DNA of 64,000 bases from Patescibacteria group bacterium UBA926. GTDB lineage: Bacteria > Patescibacteriota > Doudnabacteria > UBA920. The DNA lies in contig DBDS01000006.1 in the NCBI GenBank assembly GCA_002293685.1, positions 180,909-244,908 on the forward strand. The letters run 5' to 3'. Below are positions 1-9,688 of the stretch, in pieces; the stretch's first letter is position 1, and each line of letters begins with the position of its first letter. Position numbers and translations under genes: made by a program. The notes beneath the pieces are model-generated. The model did no database searches. It was given only the letters and a program-made list of their open reading frames with translations, and had not been told where the DNA came from.

Positions 1-645
1 CAGTACATGTTTAGCAACAAAGAGATTGTGGATGCTGTTGTTAAAATCAAAGATAAAATCATTCCAATCGATTCTAAATTTTCTCTTGAGAACTATAACC
101 GTTTAACAGAAGCCACTGATCCATCCGAGAAACTTCGACTCGAAAAAGCTTTCCTCAACGATTTGAAGCTTCGTATTACCGAAACTGCAAAGTATATTCG
201 TCCAGAAGAGGGAACAATGGAGTTTGCGTTCATGTTTATTCCACACGAAGCTATTTACTACGACTTACTTATTAACAAAGTTGGGGCGGTTTCTGAAGAT
301 ACCGAAAACTTAATCCAACGCGCCGCTGGAAAATACAAAGTAATTATTGTCTCACCAACTTCATTTTTGGCGTACTTACAAACTGTTCTTCAGGGATTGA
401 AGGCTATGCAAATTGAAGAGTCTGCGAAGCAGATTAAGGTAAATGTAGAGAACCTTCAAAAGCATTTAAAATCTTACGAAGAATATCACACCAAAATGGG
501 AACCACTTTGGGAACTGTAGTTAATCACTACAACGCTTCAACAAAGGAATTCGTAAAAGTCGACAAAGACATTATGCGAATCACAGGCGATTCAGTGTTA
601 GATGAAATCGCACTGCTAGATAAACCAGATATAAAACAAGACTAA
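1..645 (+). CDS. rmuC: DNA recombination protein RmuC (5'-truncated by window edge)
   Basis: Open frame from base 1; motifs IPIDSKFSLENY, KYIRPEEGTMEFAFMFIPHEAIY, VSPTSFLAYL typical of RmuC. Confidence 0.88.
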   Translation, partial: QYMFSNKEIVDAVVKIKDKIIPIDSKFSLENYNRLTEATDPSEKLRLEKAFLNDLKLRITETAKYIRPEEGTMEFAFMFIPHEAIYYDLLINKVGAVSEDTENLIQRAAGKYKVIIVSPTSFLAYLQTVLQGLKAMQIEESAKQIKVNVENLQKHLKSYEEYHTKMGTTLGTVVNHYNASTKEFVKVDKDIMRITGDSVLDEIALLDKPDIKQD

Positions 646-667
646 TTCATTCTTAACGAAAATAACT

Positions 668-1213
668 ATGTCTATAAGAAATCCAGACCAGCGCATCGGC
701 GTGTTCGTCGATGTGCAAAATCTATATTACAGCGCGAGAAATATTTACAACTCGCGTATCAACTTCAACGCTGTATTAGAAGAAGCTGTCGCAGGACGCA
801 AACTAATTCGCGCGATTGCATACGTCGTTAAAGCCGACATGCCTGAAGAGCAATCTTTTTTCGATGCTCTAGAAAAAGCTGGCTTTGAAGTGAAAGCAAA
901 GGATTTACAAACCTTCGCCGGAGGTAGTCAAAAAGGGGATTGGGACGTCGGCATCGCTATGGATATCATCAAGCAGATGAACAAGCTCGATGTAGTCGTT
1001 CTGGCTAGTGGTGATGGCGACTTCGCGCCGCTGTTAGAATATCTCCAAATGACCGGCCAGTTAACCGAAACTGTGGCTTTTGGTAAATCCACGAGCAGTA
1101 AGATTAAAGAGCTAACCGATTACTTTATCGATTTAGATGAAAACCCAAAGTTATTCTTAAGGCCTATTCGTGGCGGCAAAGCTGGTTCTCGTTCGCGAGG
1201 TAACAAGAAATAA
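668..1213 (+). CDS. NYN domain (LabA/DUF88) protein
   Basis: FVDVQN, KGDWDVGIAMD, LASGDGDFAPL motifs. Confidence 0.88.
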   Translation: MSIRNPDQRIGVFVDVQNLYYSARNIYNSRINFNAVLEEAVAGRKLIRAIAYVVKADMPEEQSFFDALEKAGFEVKAKDLQTFAGGSQKGDWDVGIAMDIIKQMNKLDVVVLASGDGDFAPLLEYLQMTGQLTETVAFGKSTSSKIKELTDYFIDLDENPKLFLRPIRGGKAGSRSRGNKK

Positions 1214-1217
1214 CAGA

Positions 1218-1276
1218 ATCCCTGGAAACCCGGAGGGTTATCCGGGGTCCAGACCCCGGTTCTTCGGCCGGGGATA
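1218..1276. repeat. Palindromic repeat, family A variant
   Basis: GC-rich double hairpin; shares (gg)gttatccggggtc.aga.ccc core with copies at ~35210 and ~36943. Confidence 0.65.
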
Positions 1277-1282
1277 CATATT

Positions 1283-1726
1283 ATGAAAATAGTAATAGAT
1301 ACAAATGTTATCATCGATGGAATTAAAGATGATTACTCATACGAAAAACAGATTCTTGACGCAGTGATTTCAGGGGAAATTGAAGCTTACGCAAATCACG
1401 GAACTTTGAGTGAGAATAAACTCATCATGAAGCAACTCATTAATGATCCAAACTACGCCGAGGAAATCAATAACTTGTTCGCGCAAATCAACATGGTGCA
1501 AAACCGTCGGCAAATAAATATTGTCCGCGACCCTGAAGATAATAAAATTTTAGAAAGCGCTGTTGAATCAAAGGCGGACTACTTAGTAACCCGCGATAAC
1601 GATTTACTCTCGCTAGGAAAGTACGAAGATATTCAAATAGTAAATCCATCTCAGTTCTGGGTGAGATACAAAGACGAGAGCAATGACACTTGGAAAGAAT
1701 GGGCAGGATTCTTTGCTGGAAAATAA
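1283..1726 (+). CDS. PIN-domain protein (putative TA toxin, PIN family)
   Basis: IVIDTNVII, RDPEDNKILESA, YLVTRDNDLL. Confidence 0.85.
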   Translation: MKIVIDTNVIIDGIKDDYSYEKQILDAVISGEIEAYANHGTLSENKLIMKQLINDPNYAEEINNLFAQINMVQNRRQINIVRDPEDNKILESAVESKADYLVTRDNDLLSLGKYEDIQIVNPSQFWVRYKDESNDTWKEWAGFFAGK

Positions 1727-1777
1727 AAAAGCGAGTGGAAGCACTCGCTAATATCAACTGAACTTGTCTTAACCTGC

Positions 1778-2050
1778 TCAACGTTCAATTTTTGTGTAAG
1801 AAATTACAAAAGAAATGGTCCCGTCCAATTCATAAGTTCCGCCGACAGCCTCCCCTAACACAAAACTATCAGCTCCATCAGGAACAGTTACATGATCAAA
1901 ATAAATTTCCTGAGGCTCATCACCTTCACCAGCAGGGAGCTCAATAAGTGTTGGTAACTCAACTAGGAATGCTCTAACCTCTCCATTTTGAAACTCACCA
2001 TCAATACCGAACTTACCAGGCTCATTCGCTGGAATTAGTCTCTTCAACAT
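1778..2050 (-). CDS. Hypothetical protein
   Basis: ORF with AGGAGG before ATG at 2050; no recognisable domain. Confidence 0.6.
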   Translation of the reverse strand: MLKRLIPANEPGKFGIDGEFQNGEVRAFLVELPTLIELPAGEGDEPQEIYFDHVTVPDGADSFVLGEAVGGTYELDGTISFVISYTKIER

Positions 2051-2107
2051 AATTTTTCCTCCTAACTTCATACTAAAGGTAGCTTATTATAAAATTTTTA
2101 CTAAACT

Positions 2108-5107
2108 ATGTCAACTCTTCTCGAAAATTTAAATAAAGAGCAGCTCGAGGCGGTCACCCATAAGGATGGTCCGCTTTTGATTATTGCTGGTGCGGGTACT
2201 GGAAAGACCACGGTCATCACGCGTCGGATTGCATACATTCTCGAGCAAGAACTGGCTAAGCCTGAGGAAATTCTTGCTCTAACTTTTACTGATAAAGCGG
2301 CAGGTGAAATGGAAGAACGAGTCGATCAGTTACTCCCGCTAGGTAGTTATGATTTATGGATTTCGACATTCCATAGTTTTTGCGAACGAATTCTAAAACA
2401 ACATGGCTTACATATCGGTTTACCTAACGACTTTAAATTATTAGATAAGACCAAACAGTGGGTTTTTCTGCACAACAATTTTTCTAAATTTGAACTGGAT
2501 TACTACAAACCACTGGGCAATCCAAATAAGTTTATTGATGCGCTGATAGATCATTTTTCAAAGTGTAAAGACGAACTAATTACTCCTGAAGATTACGCAC
2601 TCCATGCAAAAAAACTTCTTGAAAAGAAAAACCCAGACGAAGACGAACAAATGGAAGCGGCTCGGGTTAACGAAATTGCAAAAGCATACCAAACTTATCA
2701 GCAGCTTATGCTTGATAACGGGTATTTGGATTTCGCCGACTTAATTTGGTACACAATTGAATTACTAAAACGTCGTCCAAACATTCGCAAACTGTACCAA
2801 CAGCAGTTTAAGTTTGTGATGGTTGATGAATTTCAAGATACAAACCTTGCACAGTACGAATTGATTAAGTTACTTACTGATAGTGTCATCCTGAGCACAG
2901 CGAAGGATCCCAAAAGTGATTCTTCGGCTTCGCCTCAGAATGACGTCAAACGAAAATCAGTGAAAGATATTGGTCCCAATTTAGTAGTAGTAGGCGACGA
3001 CGACCAGTCAATTTATAAATTCCGCGGTGCTTCTGTTTCGAATATACTCAAGCTCAAAACTGACTATCCAAGCCTAAAAGAACTAACTCTAATCGATAAT
3101 TACAGAAGCAGTCAGCCAATCTTGGACTTGGCTTATAACTTTATTCAAGCTAATAATCCAAATCGTCTCGAACCGAAGTTGGGGATAAATAAACGCTTAA
3201 AAGGTCATAATAAAGCCAAAAGTACTATCACAGTAATTGAAGGGAAAGATTTAAACGAGGAGCTGAACTTAGTTGTTGATAAAATTTTAGACCTCAAAGA
3301 TGCTCATCCAAACTCAAGCTGGAATGATTTTGCAATTCTCATTCGCGCTAACAACACAGCAGGTGAAGTAATTCCTGTCCTCGAAGCTAAACAAATTCCA
3401 TACAGCTTCGTTGCCAACAAAGGCTTGTATAAAAAGCCACTTATTGCGGATATAATTTCTTATTTAAAATTGCTCGATAATTACCACGAATCGGACGCAC
3501 TTTATAGAGTTCTAAATTTCCCCAAATTTAAGTTACCCGCGCTCGAACTAGCTCACTTAACACAATTTACCAAACGTAAAGCTCACTCACTTTATCAAGC
3601 TATGCACGAACAGGAAGCCCTTGCTGAACTTACTGAAGATTCGAGAAACATAATAGGACTGTTACTCAAATTTCTAGAGGAGCATGCTAAATTATCCACC
3701 GAAAAATCCGCAATTGAATTTTTCGTGCAGATGGTTTCTGACTTAGGAATTGACCAAATACTCATCAAAGAAACTTTAGAAAATGCTCAAAATCGAGAAA
3801 TGCTTGAACAGTTCTACAAACGTATCGAAACTTACACACAAGAAAATGATGATAGAACCATGAGAGGTTTCATGAATTACCTCAAGCTCGAGCAAAATGC
3901 AGGGGAAGAGGGTACAATCAAATTCGATCCGAATAGTGGTCCCGAATCACTCAAAATAATGACAATTCATAGCGCTAAAGGCTTAGAATTCGAATACGTA
4001 TTTTTGGTTAGTATGGTTGACCAAAAATTTCCTTCGCGGTCACATAAAGATGCCATAGAAATCCCTGAACCATTAATCAAAGATATATTGCCAGAAGGTG
4101 ACTTTCATCTTCAGGAAGAACGAAGATTATTTTACGTTGCGGTGACGCGTGCCAAAACTCACTTGTATCTTTCTTGGGCATTGGATTATGGCGGAGCTCG
4201 TTCAAAGAAACCATCTCTGTTCTTAACTGAGACTGGTTTGGTGCCTACTGAAAACGCCCACAAAGCGACGGGTAAGGTTGTATTTACTAAATCAAAGACT
4301 AAAGCCAAGCAAGTTGTCTACAAACAATTGCCAGACAAATTTTCGTTTAGTCAGCTGTCCACATTCCAAAAGTGCCCGCTCGAATACAAATATGCTTATT
4401 ATCTAAGACTACCTATGCCGGGCAGCCATTATCTTAGTTTTGGCTCAACCATACACGCAGTTCTGGAAAGATATCTGCAAGCTTACCAATTTAGCCTCGA
4501 AACCTCTAAATTAGAAATTGCAGAACTGAAAACTGATAGAAAATTACCTCCACAAAACTTATTAAATGATTTATTTGAATCTGAATGGATTGATGATTGG
4601 TATAAAAGTCATGAACAAAAAGAGCAATATCGAGCTCGGGGTTTAAGTATTCTGAAAACTTTTTACAAAGCAACTTCGGAGAATATTCCGAAACCAAAAC
4701 TCATCGAACAACCATTTTCATTAAAACTAGGGAACAAGCAACAATACTTATTTAATGGAAAAATAGACCGTGCTGATTCTATGGATTCAGGGTTAATGAT
4801 TATTGATTATAAAACTTCTGAAAAAGTTCCATCCCGCACAGACACTAATGATGTGAATCAGCTACGAATTTACCAGTTGGCCTGTGAAGAATTCTTTCAT
4901 GAAAAGGTTGCAGGATTACAATATTGGTACCTTGTGCCAAACGAAACAGTGGCGGTTAAACTAGCAACACCTGAAGAACTTCAAAAATTAAAGCAAAGTT
5001 TAACTGATACAATAGAACAAATCAGAGACACTGTAAAATACGACCGATTTGCAGAGCTTCATAAGAAATCCAAAAAGCATGATTGTAATTACCTAGATTT
5101 GATATAA
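2108..5107 (+). CDS. UvrD/PcrA-family ATP-dependent helicase fused to C-terminal PD-(D/E)xK nuclease
   Basis: AGAGTGKT, DEFQD, VGDDDQSIY, TIHSAKGLEF, EERRLFYVAVTRA; C-terminal SFSQL..CP, GKIDRAD, IIDYKT. Confidence 0.92.
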   Translation: MSTLLENLNKEQLEAVTHKDGPLLIIAGAGTGKTTVITRRIAYILEQELAKPEEILALTFTDKAAGEMEERVDQLLPLGSYDLWISTFHSFCERILKQHGLHIGLPNDFKLLDKTKQWVFLHNNFSKFELDYYKPLGNPNKFIDALIDHFSKCKDELITPEDYALHAKKLLEKKNPDEDEQMEAARVNEIAKAYQTYQQLMLDNGYLDFADLIWYTIELLKRRPNIRKLYQQQFKFVMVDEFQDTNLAQYELIKLLTDSVILSTAKDPKSDSSASPQNDVKRKSVKDIGPNLVVVGDDDQSIYKFRGASVSNILKLKTDYPSLKELTLIDNYRSSQPILDLAYNFIQANNPNRLEPKLGINKRLKGHNKAKSTITVIEGKDLNEELNLVVDKILDLKDAHPNSSWNDFAILIRANNTAGEVIPVLEAKQIPYSFVANKGLYKKPLIADIISYLKLLDNYHESDALYRVLNFPKFKLPALELAHLTQFTKRKAHSLYQAMHEQEALAELTEDSRNIIGLLLKFLEEHAKLSTEKSAIEFFVQMVSDLGIDQILIKETLENAQNREMLEQFYKRIETYTQENDDRTMRGFMNYLKLEQNAGEEGTIKFDPNSGPESLKIMTIHSAKGLEFEYVFLVSMVDQKFPSRSHKDAIEIPEPLIKDILPEGDFHLQEERRLFYVAVTRAKTHLYLSWALDYGGARSKKPSLFLTETGLVPTENAHKATGKVVFTKSKTKAKQVVYKQLPDKFSFSQLSTFQKCPLEYKYAYYLRLPMPGSHYLSFGSTIHAVLERYLQAYQFSLETSKLEIAELKTDRKLPPQNLLNDLFESEWIDDWYKSHEQKEQYRARGLSILKTFYKATSENIPKPKLIEQPFSLKLGNKQQYLFNGKIDRADSMDSGLMIIDYKTSEKVPSRTDTNDVNQLRIYQLACEEFFHEKVAGLQYWYLVPNETVAVKLATPEELQKLKQSLTDTIEQIRDTVKYDRFAELHKKSKKHDCNYLDLI
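2885..2944. repeat. Family A palindromic repeat inserted in frame in the helicase gene
   Basis: gtcatcctgag...ctcagaatgac ends, 60 nt = 20 codons (VILSTAKDPKSDSSASPQND). Confidence 0.8.
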
Positions 5108-5230
5108 TAGTTTTAGTAAGTAGCTAGAAATAAGTAGTAAGTAAAGGGTGCTTGTTTAGAACGATTCTCTAGGTTACATTCTACTATTTACCTCTTACTC
5201 TCTACTTCTTACTATTTACTATTTATTCAT

Positions 5231-5890
5231 ATGATCCCAGGATTTGATTTACCAGAATTAGTTCGTGCCGTCGGATACGTTGGTCTCTTTGGCATAGTCT
5301 TCGCTGAAACCGGTCTCTTAATAGGTTTTTTCCTCCCTGGGGACAGTCTATTATTCACAGCAGGTATTCTGGCTGGTCAAGGCTACCTAAATATTTACAC
5401 TACATTATTGGTCCTAATCTCTGCGGCAATCATCGGTGATAGTGTTGGTTACGCAATTGGTAAAAAGCTGGGCCCTAAAGTGTTCAAAAAAGAAAACTCA
5501 ATTCTGTTCAACAAAAAGCACATTGATAAAGCTCAGGCATATTTCGACAAGTACGGTGCGATGACAATAGTAATTGCTCGATTCGTGCCAATTGTTAGGA
5601 CTTTTGCACCAACCCTCGCTGGTGTAGGTAAAATGAATTACGGAAAGTTTTTGTTTTATAACATCAGTGGTGGTTTATTTTGGGTTTTATCAGTTACTTT
5701 ACTCGGATATTATCTCGGCATCAAAGTTGCAAATATCGAAGCGTTCATTATCCCGGGAATTATCATAATCGTACTAATTTCTATTTCACCTTACATATAT
5801 AAATTCTTAACAAACCCAAATATAAGAGAAGCATTAAAAAATCACTTAGTACAAATTTATCGAAAAGTTTGGCCAGTAAAACTTCCATAA
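5231..5890 (+). CDS. dedA: DedA/VTT family membrane protein
   Basis: FAETGLLIGFFLPGDSLLF, ARFVPIVRTFAP. Confidence 0.92.
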   Translation: MIPGFDLPELVRAVGYVGLFGIVFAETGLLIGFFLPGDSLLFTAGILAGQGYLNIYTTLLVLISAAIIGDSVGYAIGKKLGPKVFKKENSILFNKKHIDKAQAYFDKYGAMTIVIARFVPIVRTFAPTLAGVGKMNYGKFLFYNISGGLFWVLSVTLLGYYLGIKVANIEAFIIPGIIIIVLISISPYIYKFLTNPNIREALKNHLVQIYRKVWPVKLP

Positions 5891-5892
5891 CT

Positions 5893-6285
5893 ATGGCAAA
5901 GAACGCAAAACAATTTGAAGAACGTCCGTGGGGGAATTTCTCGGTATTGAGTGAGCTTTCATATGAGGGTAATAATCGAGATGTTATTATTAAAAGATTA
6001 GAAATTCTACCTGGAAAGCGAATTTCTTACCAACAACACAAGCTTCGTCACGAACACTGGTTCGCAATATCTGGAAGTGGTTTTGCAATCATCAATGATG
6101 AAAAGATTGAGTTAAAAGCAGGAGAGAGCGTACAAATTAACATAGGCGATAAACATCGTATAGATAATAGACAAGGCACTGAACCATTAGTAATAATTGA
6201 AATCACTACAGGAGAATTCGATGAATACGACAATGAACGCCTTGAAGATGATTTCAATCGCGACTCAAATTGGAGAAATGAATAG
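5893..6285 (+). CDS. Cupin protein, mannose-6-phosphate isomerase type II C-terminal-like
   Basis: ERPWG, SYQQHKLRHEHW, KHRIDN, EYDNERLEDDF; ATG at 5893 preferred. Confidence 0.85.
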   Translation: MAKNAKQFEERPWGNFSVLSELSYEGNNRDVIIKRLEILPGKRISYQQHKLRHEHWFAISGSGFAIINDEKIELKAGESVQINIGDKHRIDNRQGTEPLVIIEITTGEFDEYDNERLEDDFNRDSNWRNE

Positions 6286-6322
6286 GTTTGTGTTATAATT
6301 AACAAACCTAATTACCAAAGCA

Positions 6323-6697
6323 GTGCTCCACGCTACCACAAAAAAATACCTCTTGCCCTTGATATTCGGCAGCTCGGTAGCAACAGCTGGCTTAGTTTTG
6401 GTTCTTGCATTCGTTGACCCTTACACGTCTGGATGGATAGGACACTTCTTTCTCTATTGCACATTATTTTTGGCAACTACCGGTATCGCAACAACTATAA
6501 CATTGCTTTTACGACAGAGCTTCTTTCCAGGAATTTATGCGGAACTTTTCCGTGTGAGCTTAAGACAAGGGGTATTGGTGGCAATCTTGTTAAGTGGTCT
6601 TGTCTTTCTTGAAGCACAAAATTTTCTTTACTGGTGGGTAGGGCTTACATTCGCACTATTCTTAATAGCCATTGAATCATTCTTTTCGGCAAACTAA
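6323..6697 (+). CDS. Hypothetical membrane protein (about 4 TM)
   Basis: Four hydrophobic segments, SLRQG motif. Confidence 0.7.
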   Translation: MLHATTKKYLLPLIFGSSVATAGLVLVLAFVDPYTSGWIGHFFLYCTLFLATTGIATTITLLLRQSFFPGIYAELFRVSLRQGVLVAILLSGLVFLEAQNFLYWWVGLTFALFLIAIESFFSAN

Positions 6698-6715
6698 ATC
6701 TGAAATTATAAACAA

Positions 6716-8089
6716 ATGACAACTCCTCCAGAGTCAAAAACTTTCTACAACGTAATGCCTGAAGTCACTAACGGACCTGTTATAAAACCAAAGGTAGCAA
6801 CCCCGCTACCACCAACCCCTCAAGCTAAAATCTCTATCCCTCAAGCACCTTCCGCTAAAAAGAATGGCAAGAAAATTTTTCTGTTTATCGTCTTAGGAAT
6901 AATTATTCTCGGAGCTATAGGTGCGGGAATCTATTTCTTAATAGCTAAATCACCAGACCAATCTGCAAATACCGAAAATACTATTTCTGACACCACACCA
7001 GAAGTACCACCTATAGCCGATGTATCAACTCCTGCAGATTGGCTGTTGAAATATTTTGGCAATGAAACTTGTACGGAACTAGTTGTTTGCGGTGATAAAT
7101 CTGATCCAGACCGTGATGGCCTTGACAACTACTCTGAATTTATCAGTGGAACTGACCCAAATAATCCCGATACAGATGGTGATGGAATTGCCGACGGTGA
7201 CGAAGTAAATATTTTTAATACCGACCCATTACTTTCTAGAACTTTTAGAACGGGTGAGTATTCAGATTTAGAATTTATAAAAGGTGGTTACGATATCACC
7301 ACTAACGAACCTTACACCAGTCAAAAGTTAATAGAAATTAAATCTAAAATTCAACAATTCGGTTTACATCAACCAACTTTATCTTCGCTTGGCCCTCTCA
7401 GTTTCCAACTTTATGAATTTACAGATCCAAACCAACCCACACTACCTGCGGATTTAGACATGACTCCTGAAGCAAAATTAGATAGAGATAGCCAACGCCA
7501 GAGCACTATAAAAAAAATTGGTGGGGCTTTACTTAAATACAAAGATGATAAAAAATCCTATCCACCGACTGATGATTTTATTGTGATGTCCGATATGGTT
7601 CGTTCTTATAACACAGTCGCTACAAACTACAATGACCCCATTGATATTCAACCGTACAAATACGGTTACCAGTCTATCAACAATAATACTGAATTCACAT
7701 TAACTTACTACAGCGAAACTCAAAATCAATTGATTAAGTACTCTCAGAAAAACGCCGAGGACGACGCAGCAAAGGAAAATACTAAAGCTTTTGATGATCA
7801 AAGAAAACTAGATTTGGAGCGCATGCAGGAAGCATTGCTAGTGTGGTCAACGGTTCAATTAGACCCAGCTAGTGATAAAGAATTTGTATTCCCAACAGTT
7901 CAGGGACTAAAAGCTGAACTTGTACCACGTTACATGACCACCATTCCAACTGACCCAGTCACAAAGCAGGATTATCAGTATGAAGTTGGGCCTAACTTTG
8001 ATACTTTTACGATCCGGGCGGCATTGCAAAATCCAGAAGCTGGAACAACTGGTTACATGTGCAATCAGACTGAATGTAGAAATTACTAA
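6716..8089 (+). CDS. Membrane-anchored protein with DxDxDG Ca-binding repeats and two GspG/pilin-like domains
   Basis: Single TM; DPDRDGLDN and DTDGDGIADG; RDSQRQSTI..ALLKY..YP and DDQRKLDL..AL..FP..IPTDP. Confidence 0.65.
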   Translation: MTTPPESKTFYNVMPEVTNGPVIKPKVATPLPPTPQAKISIPQAPSAKKNGKKIFLFIVLGIIILGAIGAGIYFLIAKSPDQSANTENTISDTTPEVPPIADVSTPADWLLKYFGNETCTELVVCGDKSDPDRDGLDNYSEFISGTDPNNPDTDGDGIADGDEVNIFNTDPLLSRTFRTGEYSDLEFIKGGYDITTNEPYTSQKLIEIKSKIQQFGLHQPTLSSLGPLSFQLYEFTDPNQPTLPADLDMTPEAKLDRDSQRQSTIKKIGGALLKYKDDKKSYPPTDDFIVMSDMVRSYNTVATNYNDPIDIQPYKYGYQSINNNTEFTLTYYSETQNQLIKYSQKNAEDDAAKENTKAFDDQRKLDLERMQEALLVWSTVQLDPASDKEFVFPTVQGLKAELVPRYMTTIPTDPVTKQDYQYEVGPNFDTFTIRAALQNPEAGTTGYMCNQTECRNY

Positions 8090-8101
8090 TAACTTAATTT
8101 T

Positions 8102-8500
8102 ATGTTGAACTTTTTAAAAAATCTGTTCGGAGCTTCGAAACCTAACAGCAAAATAATTGCGGCGAAAGTTACAAAAATAGAAAAGCATCCTAACGCGGAC
8201 CGTCTCCGCGTTATTAGTTTAACCGATGGGGTAAAGATTATTGAACCGGTTGTTTGTGGTGCGTTCAATTTCGAAGTAGGGGACATCGTTGCATTAGCTC
8301 TGCCTGGCGCGACTATTGCCCAGAACATTCATTCAGAAGAGCATGAATCGTTTGTATTAAGTACAGCCAAGATCCGCGGCATAGAAAGTCAGGGAATGAT
8401 TTGCGCTGAATTTGAACTCGGACTAACCAATACTCCAGGCGATAAACCCGAAATTATGATATTGCCACCAGACACAAAACTTGGTAAAATGGTTGTCTAA
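8102..8500 (+). CDS. Stand-alone tRNA-binding OB domain (PheT B2/YtpR-like)
   Basis: KHPNADRL, VVCGAFN, ALALPGA, KIRGIESQGMICAEFELG. Confidence 0.85.
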   Translation: MLNFLKNLFGASKPNSKIIAAKVTKIEKHPNADRLRVISLTDGVKIIEPVVCGAFNFEVGDIVALALPGATIAQNIHSEEHESFVLSTAKIRGIESQGMICAEFELGLTNTPGDKPEIMILPPDTKLGKMVV

Positions 8501-8501
8501 T

Positions 8502-9641
8502 ATGTCACATTTAATTATTCCCTCAGACGAAGAAAACCGTCTTAAAATTGAACTCGATAAACGAACCGACGCAGAAGCTGGCCGCATCCGTAGGTATTTA
8601 GAGATGGAGGATCTGTCTCGTGCAGAGTCAGGGCCGCTTCGTGAACTAATCGACAGAATCACAAGTCTTCCACAGTTCAACGATTTTGATATTATTCAAA
8701 TTCCTGAAATCGTTCCGGCGAGCGAAAGCTTTGATTTGTTCAATTTTCCGGCAGACCATCCAGCACGCAGCAAAAGTGATACTTATTACGTAGACGAAGA
8801 AAATATTCTTCGCACTCACACCACCGTGATGTGGTACTACTACTTCGCCCAAGAAGAGATTCGTACCAAAATCGCCGAGAACAAACCGTTAGGTGTTTTG
8901 TCTTACGGAAAAGTTTACCGTAAAGATGAAATTGACCGTAATCACATGAACATCTTCCATCAAGTTGATGGTTTGTACTTACATCCAACAAGCGAAAAAA
9001 CTATCACTCAAGATGACTTGAAAGATATTTTAGTTAATGTTGTGAAAGCTGCTTTCGGTGAAGATATCAAATATCGATTCAACGATGACAATTTCCCTTA
9101 CACGCATTCATCCCTCGAAATGGAAGTAGACAAAGACGGGAAATGGGTAGAAGTGCTTGGCGCAGGTTTAGTACAACCAGGCGTTTTAGAAAAACTGAAC
9201 GTTGATCCTAATCAATACAATGGTTGGGCGTTTGGTTTCGGCTTAGAGCGCTTAGCGATTATTGGCATGGAGCTTCCAGATATTCGTTTACTATGGAGTA
9301 AAGATGAACGCGTAATCAAACAACTCAAACTCGGTCAGAAATATGTTGAAGTAAGTAAGTACCCACCAATTGTCCGTGATATTTCCTTTATTGTTGATAA
9401 AACTTTTGAACCGAACAATTATTTCGACTTAATTCGCGATATCGGCGGCGACCTTGTAGAGGAAGTAGAACTACTTGATAAGTACGAAAACGCAGAAAAG
9501 TTTGGCGCCGACAAAGTTTCATACACTTACCGAATCACTTATCGTTCAACTGAACGAACCTTAGAAACCTCAGAAGTAGACCCACTGCAAGACGAAGTTT
9601 ACAAACAAACAGCTGAACAATTTAACGCGGAGTTGCGCTAA
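8502..9641 (+). CDS. pheS: Phenylalanine--tRNA ligase, single-chain type (catalytic domain plus FDX anticodon-binding domain)
   Basis: HPARSKSDTYY, LRTHTT, VYRKDEIDRNH, GWAFGFGLERLA, then SKYPPIVRDISF...YRSTERTL; ATG at 8502. Confidence 0.9.
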   Translation: MSHLIIPSDEENRLKIELDKRTDAEAGRIRRYLEMEDLSRAESGPLRELIDRITSLPQFNDFDIIQIPEIVPASESFDLFNFPADHPARSKSDTYYVDEENILRTHTTVMWYYYFAQEEIRTKIAENKPLGVLSYGKVYRKDEIDRNHMNIFHQVDGLYLHPTSEKTITQDDLKDILVNVVKAAFGEDIKYRFNDDNFPYTHSSLEMEVDKDGKWVEVLGAGLVQPGVLEKLNVDPNQYNGWAFGFGLERLAIIGMELPDIRLLWSKDERVIKQLKLGQKYVEVSKYPPIVRDISFIVDKTFEPNNYFDLIRDIGGDLVEEVELLDKYENAEKFGADKVSYTYRITYRSTERTLETSEVDPLQDEVYKQTAEQFNAELR

Positions 9642-9688
9642 TTTTTATACAGAGTATAATTACTTTAACCCATTATTAAAGAGAAAAA

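Noticed and set aside
668-1726. Toxin-antitoxin operon
   Set aside because: No small antitoxin gene next to the PIN gene; the NYN gene is separated by a repeat
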